This document shows positions 20,903 through 30,686 of a DNA stretch of 64,000 nt, piece after piece. The notes under the pieces are model-generated. The model searched no databases, was not told the DNA's origin, and saw nothing but the letters and a program-made list of their open reading frames with translations. Position numbers and translations under genes: made by a program. The stretch comes from Pirellulales bacterium (lineage in GTDB: Bacteria; Planctomycetota; Planctomycetia; Pirellulales; UBA1268). The DNA lies in assembly GCA_040397585.1 (NCBI GenBank), contig JBBAVS010000006.1:669-64668 (forward strand). Reading direction: 5' to 3'. Numbering within the stretch: position 1 is the stretch's first letter; each line of letters opens with the position of its first letter.

Positions 20903-21850
20903 CCCGGCGTTGGACATCCGGCCGGCCCGGAAGGCCTCGCCGATGCTCTTGGGCACGAGCGCCTCGGCCTGGATCACGCGGGCCCGGTTCTCGGCCGTGG
21001 CCGCCTTCATCTCCTGCTCGCGGGCGATCGCCACGCTCCGCCGCTCCTCGGCCCGTGCCCGGGCCACGCGAGTGTCGGCCTCGGCCTGGTCGGCCTGGAG
21101 CCGGGCGCCGATGTTCTCGCCCACCTCGATGTCGGCGATGTCGATGGAGACGATCTGAAACGCCGTCTGGGCGTCGAGGCCCCGCTGGAGCACCGCCTTG
21201 GAGATCGTGTCGGGATGCTCCATGACCTCGAAGTGGCTGGCGGACGAGCCGATCGAAGTGATGATCCCCTCGCCGACCCGGGCAATGATCGTCTCTTCGG
21301 TCGCGCCGCCGATCAGCTGCTGGAGGTTCGTCCGCACGGTCACGCGGGCCTTGATCTTGAGCTCCACGCCGTTCTTGGCGACGGCCGAGAGCGTCGACTT
21401 CCCGCTGGCGAGGTCGGGGCAGTCGATCACCTTGGGGTTCACGCTCGTCTGCACGGCGTCGAGCACGTCGCGGCCGGCGATGTCGATCGCGCAGGCCCGG
21501 TCGAAGTCGAGGTCGAGGTCGGCCCGTTGGGCCGCGATCAGCGCCCGGATCACGCGGGGCACGTCGCCCCCGGCGAGGTAATGGGCCTCGAGCCGCCGCG
21601 GCGTGATGTCAGGACCGAGTCCGGCCTGGGTCGCCATGATCTGCGCCTGGACGATCGTCCGGGCGTTGACCTTGCGGAGGCTCATGCCGAGCAGCTCCAT
21701 GAACGTGACCCGCGCCTTCGACCAGTAGGCCTGAAACCAGAGCTGGCCGTAGTTGAACACGAGCAGCAGCATCGTCAGCACGGCGAGGCCGATGATGATC
21801 GTGAGCCCGACGAGCAGTTCGGGGGGCAGGCCGGCAGGGGGAGGGTTCAC
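20882..21850 (-). CDS. floA: Flotillin-like protein FloA (UPF0365/YqfA family)
   Basis: 322 aa. N-terminal TM helix, then [23 protein letters not shown], and the SPFH-like core [24 protein letters not shown]. Confidence 0.88.
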   Translation of the reverse strand: MNPPPAGLPPELLVGLTIIIGLAVLTMLLLVFNYGQLWFQAYWSKARVTFMELLGMSLRKVNARTIVQAQIMATQAGLGPDITPRRLEAHYLAGGDVPRVIRALIAAQRADLDLDFDRACAIDIAGRDVLDAVQTSVNPKVIDCPDLASGKSTLSAVAKNGVELKIKARVTVRTNLQQLIGGATEETIIARVGEGIITSIGSSASHFEVMEHPDTISKAVLQRGLDAQTAFQIVSIDIADIEVGENIGARLQADQAEADTRVARARAEERRSVAIAREQEMKAATAENRARVIQAEALVPKSIGEAFRAGRMSNAGPGNPTA

Positions 21851-21943
21851 GCGAGCGACTCCGGACGGGGGCGACGGGCTGGATCGGGCAGTTCAAGCCT
21901 AGTTCGCGAATCGGCCCCCGCAAAACCGGCGGTTTCGCGGTGC

Positions 21944-23053
21944 TCAGCCCTCGATCCAGCCGCCGCCGAGCAGACGGTCGCCGGCGTAGCAGACCGCCGG
22001 CTGGCCGGGTGAGATCGGGCCCGGCGACTGGTCCGGGCCGCCGGTGAACTCGGCCGCGAAGCCGGTGGCCGACAGCGGCGTGACGACGGCCGGTGCGGCG
22101 GTCCGCTGGGCCCGGCACTGCACGAGGCACTCGAAAGGGGCCGTCGGCGGAGCAGCGAGCCAGGTCGCCTCGCCCGCCACGAGCCGGGTGTCGGGCACGG
22201 CCGTCCGCGGGCCCACGACCACGCGGCAGGTGTCGGGTTCGATGCGGATCACGTGGAGCGGCGTGCCCACGGCGATGCCCAGGCCCTGCCGCTGGCCGAC
22301 CGTGAAGTGTTCGATTCCCGGATGCCGGCCGAGGACGCGGCCGCTGGAGTCGACGATCTCACCCGCCCGGGAGCCGCCGAGCCGATGGGCCACGAGCCGG
22401 GCGTGTTCCCCCGGGGCGACGAAGCAGATCTCCTGGCTGTCAGGCTTGTCGGCCGTGACGAGGCCGAGCGCGGCGGCGCGAGCCCGCACGTCGGCCTTGG
22501 CGAGACCGCCGACGGGAAGGATCATCCGCCGCAGCCGGTCGGGCCGGATGTCGAACAGCACGTAGGACTGGTCGCGGGCGGCCTCGAGGCCGCGGCGGAG
22601 CACGGGGCCGTGCGGGTCCTGCTCGAGGCGCGCGTAATGGCCGGTGGCGACGTGCGCGGCGCCGATCGCGTCGGCGTGGTCGAAGAGCCGCCCGAACTTG
22701 ATCCAGGAGTTGCAGCGGACGCAGGGATTCGGAGTCCGTCCCCGGCCATACTCGGCGGCGAAGCTGTCGATGATCCGCTCGAACTCGGCGGAGAGGTCGA
22801 GGGCGTAGAGCGGAATGCCCAGCCGGTCGGCCACGCGGCGGGCGTCGAGGGCGTCGGTCGGCGAGCAGCAGCCCTGGTGTCCGGGCCGCGGCGACACGAT
22901 CGCCAGCGGATCGGCCGCCGGCTCCGGCGGTAGCACCGGCGCTGCGTGCCGCATGAACACACCCACGCAGTCGAACCCCTGCTCGACGAGCAGCGCGGCG
23001 GCGACGCTCGAATCGACGCCCCCCGACATCGCCACCACGACGCGGCGGCGCAT
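21944..23053 (-). CDS. mnmA: tRNA 2-thiouridine(34) synthase
   Basis: VVAMSGGVDSSVAA PP-loop, NPCVRCN, and GHYAR. 369 aa. Confidence 0.93.
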   Translation of the reverse strand: MRRRVVVAMSGGVDSSVAAALLVEQGFDCVGVFMRHAAPVLPPEPAADPLAIVSPRPGHQGCCSPTDALDARRVADRLGIPLYALDLSAEFERIIDSFAAEYGRGRTPNPCVRCNSWIKFGRLFDHADAIGAAHVATGHYARLEQDPHGPVLRRGLEAARDQSYVLFDIRPDRLRRMILPVGGLAKADVRARAAALGLVTADKPDSQEICFVAPGEHARLVAHRLGGSRAGEIVDSSGRVLGRHPGIEHFTVGQRQGLGIAVGTPLHVIRIEPDTCRVVVGPRTAVPDTRLVAGEATWLAAPPTAPFECLVQCRAQRTAAPAVVTPLSATGFAAEFTGGPDQSPGPISPGQPAVCYAGDRLLGGGWIEG

Positions 23054-23054
23054 C

Positions 23055-23567
23055 TCAGTAGACGATCACGCTCTCGACGCGGTGCGGCGCGAGCCGCTCG
23101 CGGCCGCCGAGCGGGGCGATCTCGACGAGGAACGACGCTCCCACCACGTGGCCGCGCCCCGCCTCGATGAGCTTCACGCAGGCGGCCGCTGTCCCGCCGG
23201 TGGCCAGCACGTCGTCCACCACCAGCACGCGGGCGCCGGCAGGCAGCACGCCCTTGTGCATCTCCAGCCGGTCGCGGCCGTACTCCAGGTCGTATTCGTG
23301 GCTGATCGTGTCGGCCGGGAGCTTGCCCGGCTTCCGCACCGGGATCACCCCCACGCCAAGCTCCAGGGCCAGGGGGCCGGCGAACAGGAAGCCGCGGGCC
23401 TCGACCGCGGCGATCGCCATCACCCCGGCGTTCCGCCATGGCTCGGCGAGGGCCTGGATCGCTGCCGCGAAGGCCGCCGCATCGGCGAGCAGCGGCGTGA
23501 TGTCGCGGAACAGGATGCCCGGCTTGGGGAAGTCGGGGATCGGGCGGATGTGGCTGGCGAGGTCCAT
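23055..23567 (-). CDS. apt: Adenine phosphoribosyltransferase
   Basis: IPDFPKPGILFRDITPLL and the PRPP loop VLVVDDVLATGGTA. 170 aa. Confidence 0.95.
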   Translation of the reverse strand: MDLASHIRPIPDFPKPGILFRDITPLLADAAAFAAAIQALAEPWRNAGVMAIAAVEARGFLFAGPLALELGVGVIPVRKPGKLPADTISHEYDLEYGRDRLEMHKGVLPAGARVLVVDDVLATGGTAAACVKLIEAGRGHVVGASFLVEIAPLGGRERLAPHRVESVIVY

Positions 23568-23585
23568 GGGGAAGAGTGTCGGCGA

Positions 23586-24458
23586 TCAGGCCCCCTGCCG
23601 CAACCGGATCCGGGCTCGCGGCACCCCCTCGATTTCGGCCGCGAGGGCCGCGAGCGTCTCCGACTCGATCTGCCGGACCCGCTCCCGCGTGAGGCCGAGG
23701 CCGGCCCCGATCTCCTTGAGCGTCATGGGCTCGCCGCCGGTGAGCCCGAAGCGGAGCTTGATGATCGTGCCGGCCCGCTGGTCGAGCTCGTCGATCCGCT
23801 TGAGCACGTGCTTGAGCGTGTCGTCGTCGAGCAGCACATCCGCCGGACAGCGGGCGTTGGTGTCCTGGATCAGCTCGCCGAGCGACCAGCCCCCCTCGGC
23901 CTGCTCCACGTGCGGGGTCGACTGGTGCACGTGGATCGCCTTCTTGATGATCGGGAGCTTCTTGCGGGCCAGCCCCAGGCTCCGGGCCACCTCCTCCGGC
24001 GTCGGCGGCCGACCGAGCGTGTCGAGCAGCCGGGCGGTCGCCCGCCGCCACTTGGAGAGGATCTCCACCATGTAGGCCGGGATGCGGATCGTCTTCCCGG
24101 AGTTGATCAGCGCCCGCTTGATCGACTGCTTGATCCAGTAGCTCGCATACGTGCTGAACCGAGTGCCGATCGTCGGGTCGAAGCCCTCCACCGCCCGAAG
24201 GAGCCCGAGGTTGCCCTCCTCGATCAGGTCGGGCAGCAGCAGGCCGCGGTTGGCGTAGCCGCGGGCGATGTTGACCACCAGCCGCAGGTTCGCCCGCACC
24301 ATGTGGTCCCGGGCGAGCGCGTCGCCCTTGGCGATCGCCACCGCCAGCCGCTTCTCGTCGTCGGCGGTGAGCAGCGGCGTCTCGTTGATGTCACGCAGAT
24401 ACGTCTCCAGCGGATTCTGGACGGCGGTGGGGCGAGACGTGCGGCGTGGAGACGGCAT
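23586..24458 (-). CDS. RNA polymerase sigma-70 family factor (regions 1.2-4 present, RpoD/RpoS-like short form)
   Basis: Start reset to the ATG at 24458. Contains YLRDINETPLLTADDE, NLRLVVNIARGY, DLIEEGNLGLLRAVEGFD, FSTYASYWIKQSI and LTRERVRQIE. Confidence 0.88.
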   Translation of the reverse strand: MPSPRRTSRPTAVQNPLETYLRDINETPLLTADDEKRLAVAIAKGDALARDHMVRANLRLVVNIARGYANRGLLLPDLIEEGNLGLLRAVEGFDPTIGTRFSTYASYWIKQSIKRALINSGKTIRIPAYMVEILSKWRRATARLLDTLGRPPTPEEVARSLGLARKKLPIIKKAIHVHQSTPHVEQAEGGWSLGELIQDTNARCPADVLLDDDTLKHVLKRIDELDQRAGTIIKLRFGLTGGEPMTLKEIGAGLGLTRERVRQIESETLAALAAEIEGVPRARIRLRQGA

Positions 24459-24663
24459 GGGGCTGCTTTGGGGGCGAAAGGGATGGACAACACGGCGCCG
24501 GCGACGAGGCGGGCTTGCGACCGCGGCGGCGATGCCGATGACGATCGGCACAGCGAAAGGTATCGGCGGTGGTCGGCGTCAACTGCACAAGCCTGACGGA
24601 CGAGGCACACCGCACGGCTCGTGCCGATCGCAGCGGACGCGCCGGTGGCGACGACCGCGGCCG

Positions 24664-25830
24664 TCAGTCCTCGCGGCGGACGGCGGCGCTGCCGACGGCC
24701 CGGTCGAGAAACTCCACGAGCGCCCCGGCGGCGGGGCTGCCCCGGCGGGGGGCGAGCTGGCTGGCCGCCGCATCAAGAACCACGCGGTCGCTCGCCACGC
24801 CCGCCGTGTGCAACGCCGCATCGAGCCGATCACCCTGGTCGAGCGCGACGCCGTCCCCGCGGCTGCCCTGCACGATCAGCGTGGGCGGGGCCTGCGGCGT
24901 CACGTGCACGAGCGGGCTCGCCCGCTGGGCCGCCTCGCGGAACTCCGGCAGTGGGCCTCCCACCAGGCGGCTTGCGGCCGAGCCCGCACGATCGTGGCCG
25001 CCGCCGAGCGAGGGCAGGTGGGTGGGCGCGTCGAAGATCGCGACCGCCGCCACGTCGGTCGGGGCCTCTTCGTCGTCGCTGTCCGCGGAGGCTTCGCGGA
25101 TCGGTCCCGGCTCCGGTGGCGCGAAGGCAACGAGCGCCGCGAGATGGCCCCCCGCGCCGGAGCCGGCCACGCAGATCCGCGACTCGTCGATGCCCCAGGT
25201 GCGGGCCTCGGCGCGGATGGCGGCGAGCGCGGCGCGGCAGTCGTCGAGCTGAGCGGGAAACACGGCCACGTCGCTCGGGCGATAGTCGATGCTGGCGACG
25301 GCGAAGCCCTGCTCGACCAGCCAGGCGACCGGGCAGTCGGCCTTGGTGCCCATCCGCCAGTCGGGCCCGTGGATCCAGACCACGAGCGGGAGGCTGCCAC
25401 CGCTGCAGCCATCCGGGAGATGGAGGTCGTATCGCTGTCGCGGATGCTCGCCGTAGATCTGATCGGCGTGCACGATGGCCTTCGGCCGGTCGGCCGTCAC
25501 GATCGTCACGGGGGCCAGCGGCACGACGGCCGCGACGAACGCCGGCTCGGCGATCATCTCGATCGCGGCCGGGGGCGGCGCCGGCACGAGCCGCTGCTCG
25601 ACGATCACCTGCTCGATCTCCACGCGGCGGATGCTCCGCCGCTGGGCGCGGCGGCTCGGACGGCGCGTTGGTGGCGCCTCGACCGGCAGTGGCGCGTCGG
25701 CCACGGGCCGCGGGTCGTTCCGCCAGGCGAGTTCCACGCCCGACCAATCGACGGCCGAAGCGGGGCTGCCGGCCACGAGCAGGCCGCAGGCGAGGACGGC
25801 GGCGACGATGGTGACCACGGGCGGTTTCAT
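24664..25830 (-). CDS. Secreted alpha/beta-hydrolase (esterase/lipase-like, Abhydrolase_3-type)
   Basis: Start reset to the ATG at 25830 (MKPPVVTIVAAVLACGLLVAGSPASA signal). Contains PLVVWIHGPDW and the nucleophile elbow VAGSGAGGHLA. Confidence 0.75.
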   Translation of the reverse strand: MKPPVVTIVAAVLACGLLVAGSPASAVDWSGVELAWRNDPRPVADAPLPVEAPPTRRPSRRAQRRSIRRVEIEQVIVEQRLVPAPPPAAIEMIAEPAFVAAVVPLAPVTIVTADRPKAIVHADQIYGEHPRQRYDLHLPDGCSGGSLPLVVWIHGPDWRMGTKADCPVAWLVEQGFAVASIDYRPSDVAVFPAQLDDCRAALAAIRAEARTWGIDESRICVAGSGAGGHLAALVAFAPPEPGPIREASADSDDEEAPTDVAAVAIFDAPTHLPSLGGGHDRAGSAASRLVGGPLPEFREAAQRASPLVHVTPQAPPTLIVQGSRGDGVALDQGDRLDAALHTAGVASDRVVLDAAASQLAPRRGSPAAGALVEFLDRAVGSAAVRRED

Positions 25831-25924
25831 CGGCGGGCCATACCTCCTCGGTTGCCGCCAGTATACCTTCGCCCGAGGGAGGCCCCGCGCCGCCCCGTGG
25901 GGGGCGGCGCGGGCCACCGGAATC

Positions 25925-26359
25925 TCAGCGGCGGGGCGGCAGCTGGCCGCTCGGCGTCAGCTCGTCGATGATCCGCGGGATGTACTTCGCAAGGACTTCT
26001 GCGAGTTGATCGCGGTCGATGCCCTTGGAGCTGGCATAACGGTCGAGCTCGTGCTGGCCGAAGGTCTCCTCGATCTGCCGCCGGTCCACCGGCTTGTTGG
26101 GACCCGTGCGAACCCACGAGTCGACCTGGTCCCGCATGCCCTTCTCCTCGAACTGCTTGACGACCTCGGGCAGCTTCTGGGCCGACCCGCCGCCAAAGAT
26201 CTGCGAGAGGATGTCGCCGAGGTCGTTGGGCGACGGCATGCCCTGGGGCGGCTGCTGGGGCTGCTGGCGGGGCTGGGGTTGGGGCTGCCGCTGCGGCTGG
26301 GCCTGCTGCTGCGCCGCGCCCTCGATGACCTGCTTCAAGATCTCGCCGAGAATGTCCAT
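25925..26359 (-). CDS. YidB-family protein (DUF937)
   Basis: 144 aa. MDILGEILKQV..., a Gln/Pro-rich linker, and SWVRTGPNKPV...LAKYIPRIIDELTP, typical of DUF937. Confidence 0.75.
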   Translation of the reverse strand: MDILGEILKQVIEGAAQQQAQPQRQPQPQPRQQPQQPPQGMPSPNDLGDILSQIFGGGSAQKLPEVVKQFEEKGMRDQVDSWVRTGPNKPVDRRQIEETFGQHELDRYASSKGIDRDQLAEVLAKYIPRIIDELTPSGQLPPRR

Positions 26360-26469
26360 GATGAGCCTTTTCGTCGCTGGAGAATCGAACCGTCGTCGGC
26401 GTCGCCGACCCTGAGCAGGCAGTCTACGGCCGTGCTCCGCCCGAGAAAAGCAGCCGGACGTTCCCCAAC

Positions 26470-26530
26470 GTGGCCGCAGGTTTTCATGTGGCCGCAGGTT
26501 CTGAAGTGGCCGCAGGTTTTCAACCTGCGG
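26470..26530 (-). repeat. Three tandem 18-bp half-sites GTGGCCGCAGGTTYTSAW; the last completes an inverted copy of hairpin module H
   Basis: Copies start at 26470, 26488 and 26506. GTGGCCGCAGGTTTTCAACCTGCGG (26506-26530) is the reverse complement of the module H consensus. Confidence 0.85.
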
Positions 26531-26575
26531 ATCCCCCGCCCGTCGCGTGCCGCCCCACGCCGCCTTTCAACCCGG

Positions 26576-27649
26576 TCAGTCGAGCGCAACCGCCTCGCCG
26601 CCGGCCCGCGTGGCGAGTTGGCCGAGAACCTGCAGCGACGTGTCTTCGGCCACCAGCCGCACCGATCCATCGGCCATGGCGATGTTCGCGCCGGCGGTGT
26701 GAAAGCCGTAGAGCAGCCAGCCATTCTCGTTGGAGCCGTTGACCCGCATGAGCGGCGTGGGGATCGGTCCCGCGGTAGGGCCGGACGTGCACCATGCGTT
26801 GGCCTTCTCGCCGAAGCCGTAGGGGTTGTCGTTGGTCGCCCAGGCGCCGCCCTGCCCCCGCGCGCAGCCGTCGCCCGCGGCCTGATCGGCGTTGGCCGGA
26901 TAGCGGGTGCGCTCCCGCCACACGTCCTCGCGGCCGGCGCACTCGCCGAGCAGGATCGTCTTCGAGAGGCCGTCGGTGATCTTGGCGATGGTGCATCGCG
27001 GCCGGGCGGCGGCGGCACCACAGTTAGTCCACGCCTCCGTCGGCCCCGGTCCCGCCGTCACGGTGCCGGCGGCAAGTCCAGCGACCATGTTGAAGTTGGT
27101 GCCCGAGCCGCCCACGAGAAAGTAGTCGCCACACGCGCCGGTCTTGCGCGGATTCTCGATCTTGTCCTGGATCCGGTTGGGAAACGGGGACGAGGGGCAT
27201 TGCAGCACCGGGAGGAAGTTCCGGGCCAGCACGCGATTGCCGGTGGCGGTGTCGTCGAGCACGCCCGCGGTGCCGCCACTCGGTGCGGAGCCGTCTTGGT
27301 TCTCCCACCAGTTTCGCGACAGGTCGTAGCTCGCCATCAGCGCCGCCTCTTCCAGGTAGGGCAGCACGTCCGGAGCCCAGCTGCGGTGGGCCATCTTCGG
27401 CTCGCAGGCGGTGATCGCGCCGGAGAAGAGTCGCTTGAGCGGGGGCAGCATCCGGCGGGCGGTCTCGTAGTTGTGAAAGGCGATCGGGAGCTGGCGGAGC
27501 TTGTTGCCGCACGCCGTCCGCTGGGCCGACTCCCGGGCCGACTGCACCGCGGGCAGGAGGAGCCCGATCAGCGTGGCGATGATGGCGATCACCACCAGCA
27601 GCTCCACAAGGGTGAAGCCACGGCGGCCGAGGCGGACCGGACGGTGCAT
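26576..27649 (-). CDS. DUF1559 protein with prepilin-type N-terminal cleavage/methylation signal (type II secretion pseudopilin-like, H-X9-DG)
   Basis: Start reset to the ATG at 27649. Contains [32 protein letters not shown] and the C-terminal [12 protein letters not shown] (H-X9-DG). Confidence 0.9.
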   Translation of the reverse strand: MHRPVRLGRRGFTLVELLVVIAIIATLIGLLLPAVQSARESAQRTACGNKLRQLPIAFHNYETARRMLPPLKRLFSGAITACEPKMAHRSWAPDVLPYLEEAALMASYDLSRNWWENQDGSAPSGGTAGVLDDTATGNRVLARNFLPVLQCPSSPFPNRIQDKIENPRKTGACGDYFLVGGSGTNFNMVAGLAAGTVTAGPGPTEAWTNCGAAAARPRCTIAKITDGLSKTILLGECAGREDVWRERTRYPANADQAAGDGCARGQGGAWATNDNPYGFGEKANAWCTSGPTAGPIPTPLMRVNGSNENGWLLYGFHTAGANIAMADGSVRLVAEDTSLQVLGQLATRAGGEAVALD

Positions 27650-27760
27650 GACAGCGGCTCCTGACGGCGGCAACGTCAGCGAATGCTATCGGCGGGGGAG
27701 CCCCTGACGCGCGGTGAATCGCGCCTCGCAGCCGGGGAAGTTTTCACCGGTGCGGTCACG

Positions 27761-27829
27761 GCGAGCGTCCGGCGACGGGCATGGGCAGCCCCGCGCGACG
27801 GGCACCGCAGGTTGAAAACCTGCGGCCAC
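27761..27829 (+). repeat. Solo repeat: module A + hairpin module H
   Basis: GCGAGCGTCCGGCGACGGGCATGGGCAGCCCCG matches unit 1 of the tandem array (20081-). The hairpin CCGCAGGTTGAAAACCTGCGGCCAC is at 27805-27829. Confidence 0.85.
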
Positions 27830-27841
27830 TTTCGGGCGGGA

Positions 27842-29203
27842 TCAGTCGTCGAGGCCAAGCTGGCGGAGTTTGGTCCGCAGGGTCGCCCGGTCGAGGCCGA
27901 GGAGCTTGGCGGCCGCGGTGCGATTGCCGCCGGTGTGGGCGAGTGCCTCGCGGAGCAGCGTGGCCTCGACGAGGCGCAGGGCACGGGTGTGGAGGTCGGG
28001 CTCGGGCAGCCGGCCAAAGGCGGCGCGGGCCGCCGCAGCCCAGTCCTTGATCGCCTCGTCCACGTGGCGGCTGGTGGTGTCGAGCGGACCGCCAGGGCCG
28101 GCGGCCGCGACGGGCGGGAGGTGCTCGGGTCGGAGCGTGGCCCCGCGAGCGACCACGGCGGCGTGCTCGACGGCGGCCCGGAGATCGCGGACGTTCTCGG
28201 CCCAGTCGCGGCGGGCCAGCGCCGCCAGCACCTCGGCCGTCACCGCGGGCACCGTCGCCGCCTGCGTGGCGGCGGCATGCCGTGCGAGGAACGATCGGGC
28301 CAGGGCCTCGATGTCGTCGCGGCGATCGGTGAGGGGCGGAAGCGTGATCGGGTTCGGTCGGAGGAGCGCGGCGAGATTGGCGGCGAGGGAGAGCGTGTCG
28401 GGGGGAAGCCGGCTGGCCACGATCAGTCTCACATCGAGCGGTCGGGGCGTGCCGCCGCGGGAGAGTTCCCGCTTCTCGATCGCGTGGGCGAGCCGCTCCT
28501 GCACCTCCGCTGGAGCCGCGTCGATCGCCTCGATCACGAGCGTGCCGCCGGTGGCGAGTTCGAGGAGCCCTGCCGCGTCGGGTGTCCCGAAGAGTTCGCT
28601 GCCGAGCGACGTGGAGGCGAGGGCGGCGAGATTCGTGGTGACGAAGGGCCCGGTCTGCCGAACGCCGTGGGCATGCACGGCGCGGGCGGCGAGATCCTTG
28701 CCGCTGCCCGCCGGGCCCGTGATCAACAGCGGCCGCTCGTCGGCGGCCGCGGCCGCGATCCGCTTGTACACCTCCTGCATCGCGGCCGATGCTCCCACGA
28801 GCGGCTGCGGTACCGCCTCGGGCTCACCGGCAGGCTCGTGCGGCAGGCGCTTCGCCAGCGCCCGGGCAACCACCATCGACACGTGCTCGAGGTCGAACGG
28901 CTTCACGAGGTAATCGAAGGCGCCGGCACGGACGGCGCGGACCGCTGTGTCGAGGTCACCGAACGCGGTCATCACCACGATCGGCGCCGCCGCCATCTCC
29001 CGCAGGTCGGGGATCGCGTCGATGCCGTCGCGGCCAGGGAGGCGCACGTCGAGCAGGATCGCGTCGGGCCGATCGCGGGCGGCGGCGGCGAGGGCCTCGG
29101 CCACGGTCGCCGCCACGTCCACCGCATGCCCCTCGTCGGCAAGGAGCTCCCGCAGGCTCCAGCCGATGGCCGGCTCGTCGTCCACCACCAACACGCGGCT
29201 CAT
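27842..29203 (-). CDS. NtrC-family response regulator (REC + degenerate sigma-54-type AAA+ + Fis-type HTH)
   Basis: Track ORF 27842..30631 trimmed to the ATG at 29203 (MSRVLVVDDEP...). Contains GPAGSGKDLAARAVH Walker A, GNRTAAAKLLGLDRATLRTKL HTH, and an ATGA overlap with the upstream kinase. GAFTGA is absent (see findings). Confidence 0.85.
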   Translation of the reverse strand: MSRVLVVDDEPAIGWSLRELLADEGHAVDVAATVAEALAAAARDRPDAILLDVRLPGRDGIDAIPDLREMAAAPIVVMTAFGDLDTAVRAVRAGAFDYLVKPFDLEHVSMVVARALAKRLPHEPAGEPEAVPQPLVGASAAMQEVYKRIAAAAADERPLLITGPAGSGKDLAARAVHAHGVRQTGPFVTTNLAALASTSLGSELFGTPDAAGLLELATGGTLVIEAIDAAPAEVQERLAHAIEKRELSRGGTPRPLDVRLIVASRLPPDTLSLAANLAALLRPNPITLPPLTDRRDDIEALARSFLARHAAATQAATVPAVTAEVLAALARRDWAENVRDLRAAVEHAAVVARGATLRPEHLPPVAAAGPGGPLDTTSRHVDEAIKDWAAAARAAFGRLPEPDLHTRALRLVEATLLREALAHTGGNRTAAAKLLGLDRATLRTKLRQLGLDD

Positions 29204-30594
29204 GCGACCGGCTCCGGGTGCGCACGGGCTGCGGCGGGGATCGCGCCGGCAAGGGCGATCGTAAACCGCGTGCGGCCGTCGGCCCTCCGCCAGGCGAGCG
29301 TGCCGCCGTGCTGCTCGGCCACGGCGCGGGCGACCGCGAGGCCGAGCCCCACGCCCTCCTGCTTGCCGGTCACGAAGGGCTCGGCGAGGGCCGTGCCGAG
29401 CTCGGGGGGCGGCCCGGGGCCGTCGTCCTCGACCGCGAGCGTGATCCGACCGTCGGCCATCTCGGCCGCGAGGGTCACGTGGCCGCCACTGCCGGTCGCA
29501 TCGATCGCGTTGAGGGCCAGGTTCACCAGCGCCGCCCGCAGTGCCTCGCGGCGGCCGGTGATCACGGCGGCAGAGGCGGGGCCGGTGGTGAGTGTCACTC
29601 CTGCATGGGCGCACCGCGGCGTCACGAGGTCGTGCACTTCGGCAACGAGCGCGTCGACGTCCACGGCCGCCGGCTCCGTCGTCGGCGGCTTGCCGAGGGC
29701 GAGCAGGCCGCGGACCTCCTCTTCGACGATGTCGAGCTGCCGGCAGGCCACGGCAAGGCTGTCGTCGGGGCGGCGGCTCGTGTCGCCGCCGGGGCAACGG
29801 CGGCGGTGGAGGTCGATCGCAAGCCGGGCGCCGGTGATCGCGTTGCGGAGCTCGTGGGCGAAGCCCGCCGCGAGCTGGCCGAGCAGCCGCTGCCGCTCGC
29901 CGGCGACGAGCCGGGCGCGGAGCGACTCGAGTTCGCCGCTCATTCGTTCCACGCCCGCGGCGAGCCGGCCCACCTCGTCGTCGCCGGCTTCGGCGGCGGT
30001 GGCCCCGAACTCGCCCAGCGAGATCCGCTCCACGCGGCGCTCGATCGCGGCGATCCGCCGCGTGATCCGCCCGGTGGTCGCCAGCCCCAGCGGCACGAGC
30101 ACCGCGAGCGTGGCGGCGGCGACGGCGAGCACCGGCCAGGCCGCCGACCAGGTGGTGGCCGCGAGGCTGCTCACCGGGGTGAGCACGAACGCCTGTTCTG
30201 GCCTCACGCCCGCGGCCCGCACGATGGCGACGGCGTGTCGCCTGCCGGCGAGTTCGATCACGTCGCCATCGCGGGCGGTCTTGAGCGCGGCGGTCGCCTC
30301 CGCGAGCCGCTCTGGGGGCAGCGTGGCCGCCCCGGCCGCGTCGGCCGCGTCGTCCCAGACCACGAGCTCGCTGCCGGTCAGGTCGCCGAGGGCGTCGAGC
30401 ACCGCGGGCACGAGTGCAATCCGCGAGCGGTCGAGGGCCACCACGATCCGCTCGCGGGCGGCGCGGGCGGCGACGACGGCGCTCCGCGTGGCCAGCCAGG
30501 CGGCGAAGGCCACGTTGGCGAGCACGGCCACGAGCACGAGCCCGACGACGGGCCAGACGAGCTGGGCGGTGAGCGTGCGACCCGGAAGCGGCAT
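29200..30594 (-). CDS. Sensor histidine kinase (2 TM, HAMP, HisKA, HATPase_c)
   Basis: LAAGFAHELRNAI H-box, LALNAIDA N-box, DDGPG and GVGLGLAV G-boxes, and a HAMP-like segment ITRRIAAIERRVERISLGEF. Confidence 0.9.
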   Translation of the reverse strand: MPLPGRTLTAQLVWPVVGLVLVAVLANVAFAAWLATRSAVVAARAARERIVVALDRSRIALVPAVLDALGDLTGSELVVWDDAADAAGAATLPPERLAEATAALKTARDGDVIELAGRRHAVAIVRAAGVRPEQAFVLTPVSSLAATTWSAAWPVLAVAAATLAVLVPLGLATTGRITRRIAAIERRVERISLGEFGATAAEAGDDEVGRLAAGVERMSGELESLRARLVAGERQRLLGQLAAGFAHELRNAITGARLAIDLHRRRCPGGDTSRRPDDSLAVACRQLDIVEEEVRGLLALGKPPTTEPAAVDVDALVAEVHDLVTPRCAHAGVTLTTGPASAAVITGRREALRAALVNLALNAIDATGSGGHVTLAAEMADGRITLAVEDDGPGPPPELGTALAEPFVTGKQEGVGLGLAVARAVAEQHGGTLAWRRADGRTRFTIALAGAIPAAARAHPEPVA

Positions 30595-30686
30595 GGAAGG
30601 CTCGGTGCAACGAGGAGCGGCCGGCCTTCATCGTACTGGCCGCAGCGGCGGTCGGCCCGGTGGCGCGGGGGGCGTATCATGGCGGC

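Noticed and set aside
25147-25170. Apparent loss of the GxSxG nucleophile motif in the alpha/beta hydrolase (GSGAGG instead of GDSAGG)
   Set aside because: Shifting the alignment by one residue gives A-G-S-G-A-G, which fits the general small-x-Ser-x-small-small nucleophile elbow. There is no good evidence for an inactive enzyme.
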